A DNA stretch of 64,000 nt, taken from IMG/VR virus record IMGVR_UViG_3300010354_000062, positions 1 to 64,000 of that record; one strand, 5' to 3'. The DNA is from a virus. The notes below the pieces were generated by a model. It was not told the DNA's origin. It worked only from the letters and a program-made list of their open reading frames with translations, and made no database searches. The translations under genes and the position numbers were made by a program. Below are positions 61,684-64,000 of the stretch, in pieces (position 1 is the stretch's first letter; every line of letters starts with the position of its first letter).

Positions 61684-62351
61684 AAGTTTTTGTTGGATAC
61701 GATATTAGAGAAGATATTGCCTTTCAGGTTTGTGAATATAGTATTAAAAAGCATAATATTGATGCCGAAGTAATACCACTTAAACAAAAAGAACTGAGAG
61801 AAGCAGGTACATACACTAGAACTATTGATCCTTTAAGTTCTACTGAATTTACATTTACACGATTCCTAGTCCCATACCTTGCTGATTATAAAGGATGGGC
61901 CGTCTTCGTTGATTGTGATTTTGTATTTGTTGACGATGTCAAAAAATTATTTGATGTTGCCGATGACAATTACGCAGTTATGGTAGTAAAACATGATTAT
62001 ACACCTAAAGAAGATTTAAAGATGGATGGCTGTAAACAATTACCGTATCCAAGAAAAAATTGGAGTTCAACTATTCTTTGGAACTGCGGACACCCATCAA
62101 ACAGACAGGTCACTCCTGATCTTGTTAATTCGCAGACAGGACAATTCTTACATAGATTTCAATGGTTAAATGACAATGAAATTGGAGAACTAAAACCAGA
62201 ATGGAACTGGTTGGCTGGATGGTATAAAGAACCTCACGACGGAACTCCTAAAGCTATTCATTACACTGAGGGAGGACCTTGGTTCAAAGAATATAGAAGA
62301 TGTCCATATCATAAAACTTGGAAGCAGTATCTGCGTGAAATGCTCAAATGA
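61680..62351 (+). CDS. Glycosyltransferase (GT-A, GT8/CDI-like)
   Basis: VFVGYD.RE, STEFTFTRF, FVDCD (DxD), YPRKNWSS, HYTEGGPW. Confidence 0.82.
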   Translation: MKVFVGYDIREDIAFQVCEYSIKKHNIDAEVIPLKQKELREAGTYTRTIDPLSSTEFTFTRFLVPYLADYKGWAVFVDCDFVFVDDVKKLFDVADDNYAVMVVKHDYTPKEDLKMDGCKQLPYPRKNWSSTILWNCGHPSNRQVTPDLVNSQTGQFLHRFQWLNDNEIGELKPEWNWLAGWYKEPHDGTPKAIHYTEGGPWFKEYRRCPYHKTWKQYLREMLK

Positions 62352-63154
62352 GTAACTGGATTTTTTTAAGTAAACACGGCACAGACCCCTTTATAAATCA
62401 GTTTGCAACTGGCTGCGGCTCTACTCCTTTAGACACAGAAAATTTTGTCTATGAAGAATCATCGTCACCTTTATGTTTTAGAGGTATACTAAAGAAAAAA
62501 ATAATCAAACAATGTTGGGACGACCGTAGAGATTTTTATTTTATGGATACGGGTTATTTTGGCAACGAATCAACTGCCTCAAATCCAAACGGATATAAAA
62601 TTTGGCACCGGATCGTAAAAAATAATCTACAACATAATCTTGTAGTGAAACGTCCGTCTGATAGGTGGGAATCTTTAAATAAAAAAATATTGCCTTGGAA
62701 AACTCCGGGAAGAAAAATTCTCATCGCTGCTCCTGATGAAAAGCCATGTAAGTTTTACGATATAAATTTAGAAAATTGGTTACAGACTACTGTGAGCGAA
62801 ATTAAAAAGTATACAGATAGACCAGTTGAGGTACGTCAACGATCAAAATTACGTATAGACAGAACAGTATCAAATACATTACAGTCCGCACTAGACGACG
62901 ATGTTTTTGCGTTAGTAACCTTTAATTCAAACGCTGCTACAGAATCTATTTTGTACGGCATACCAGCATTTGTATTGGCACCAGTTAGTGCAGCTCTTCC
63001 GGTTGCTTCTAACGATTTGTCTAAGATAGAAACACCAAATTATGCAAGTATAGACGAACGGTATGAATGGGCGTGCCATCTTGCCTATGGACAGTTTAGT
63101 GTAAAAGAATTAAAAACAGGTCAAGCAAAAACAATGCTTGAGGAATTATGGTAA
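62348..63154 (+). CDS. Putative glycosyltransferase, paralogue 2
   Basis: FMDTGYFG, TDRPV..R, NSNAATESILYGIP, HLAYGQF. Confidence 0.55.
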   Translation: MSNWIFLSKHGTDPFINQFATGCGSTPLDTENFVYEESSSPLCFRGILKKKIIKQCWDDRRDFYFMDTGYFGNESTASNPNGYKIWHRIVKNNLQHNLVVKRPSDRWESLNKKILPWKTPGRKILIAAPDEKPCKFYDINLENWLQTTVSEIKKYTDRPVEVRQRSKLRIDRTVSNTLQSALDDDVFALVTFNSNAATESILYGIPAFVLAPVSAALPVASNDLSKIETPNYASIDERYEWACHLAYGQFSVKELKTGQAKTMLEELW

Positions 63155-63891
63155 AAGAAGTTTCATATGAAGAAATGTTTGCTCGTAGTGCAGGTGATCC
63201 TCGACCTCTTGTCTATAGAGGCATTGTAAAAAGAAAACACATTCACCAAGCCACAAAAAATAATCAAGAATTTTTCTACATGGATACTGGATATTTTGGC
63301 AATTTTAAAACAGAAGGTAATCCAAACGGGAAAAAAATATACCATAGAGTAGTTCGTAATGAGTTACAAAAATCTGTATTTGAAGATTGGCCTGATGATC
63401 GTTGGAAAAAACTTATAAAAATTGATCCTCGGTTGCAATGGAAAGGTTGGAAAAAACCAGGAAAAAATATTCTGTTAATTTTACCTAATCCAAAATCCTG
63501 TCACTTCTTTGGCACCGAACTTGATATCTGGCGCAGCAACGTAATACAAGAAATTAGAAAACACACCGATAGACCAATTATCGAAAGGAAAAAAGGATCT
63601 AGAGGAGATAGAAATACTTACAGCATATATGATGCACTAGATAATGACGTACATTCTCTTGTAGCATTTAACAGTATTGCAGCCATTGAAGCCATTGCAT
63701 ATGGTGTGCCTGCTTTTGTTTCAGTTTCATGCGCGGCATGGCCTTTAGCTAATCATGATCTATCTGTTATAGAAAATCCTCATCGTCCAGATGAAAAACT
63801 TATTCATAAACATTGTTGTTCATTGGCCTACGGTCAATTTACTTCAGAAGAAATAGCCAACGGTACGGCTTGGAAAACTGTAAAGAGATAA
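63148..63891 (+). CDS. Putative glycosyltransferase, paralogue 3
   Basis: YMDTGYFG, TDRPI..R, NSIAAIEAIAYGVP, SLAYGQF. Confidence 0.55.
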   Translation: MVKEVSYEEMFARSAGDPRPLVYRGIVKRKHIHQATKNNQEFFYMDTGYFGNFKTEGNPNGKKIYHRVVRNELQKSVFEDWPDDRWKKLIKIDPRLQWKGWKKPGKNILLILPNPKSCHFFGTELDIWRSNVIQEIRKHTDRPIIERKKGSRGDRNTYSIYDALDNDVHSLVAFNSIAAIEAIAYGVPAFVSVSCAAWPLANHDLSVIENPHRPDEKLIHKHCCSLAYGQFTSEEIANGTAWKTVKR

Positions 63892-63892
63892 T

Positions 63893-64000
63893 ATGAATTT
63901 ATTACTTAACGATAAAGAACTGGCAAACTTTTTAATTAGCTTACTTGACTTAAAGACGGAAGCATTAAACATCCCTATCCAAGAAACCCATACAGCTGAA
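63893..64000 (+). CDS. Start of an ORF truncated by the window end
   Basis: ATG 63893 directly after the upstream stop; open to the end (MNLLLNDKELANF...). Confidence 0.5.
   Translation, partial: MNLLLNDKELANFLISLLDLKTEALNIPIQETHTAE

Overview
This window is a 64-kb segment of a large T4-related (myovirus-type) dsDNA bacteriophage genome read in the standard genetic code. From left to right it holds: the major capsid protein; about 23 kb of tail fibre, baseplate and adhesin genes, including two giant paralogues of 1842 and 2557 aa, a peptidase-S74 fibre and three paralogous glycine-rich adhesin-like proteins; an AT-rich island of about 11.5 kb with 11 Fe(II)/2-oxoglutarate oxygenases, 2 tryptophan-halogenase-family enzymes and an SGNH-like protein; a bacterial-type GroEL with no GroES; neck and tail genes (gp15, gp14, gp13, gp18, gp19); dNMP kinase; an HNH protein; gp4; terminase subunits and candidate internal head proteins; gp32, UvsX and UvsY; and the start of a glycosyltransferase/nucleotide-sugar cluster. 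Two signals stand out. (1) The oxygenase/halogenase island is headed by T4-type late-promoter motifs and sits directly after the Gly-rich adhesins, which suggests a virion-protein tailoring system. (2) The late-promoter core TAA(A/G)TA lies exactly 4-5 nt before the ATG of 11 genes, which implies systematic leaderless late mRNAs, while high-copy structural genes keep SD-containing and sometimes highly structured leaders. GroEL and a small secreted Ala/Lys/Pro protein point tentatively to a betaproteobacterial host. All protein calls come from motif recognition by eye; no database search was run.
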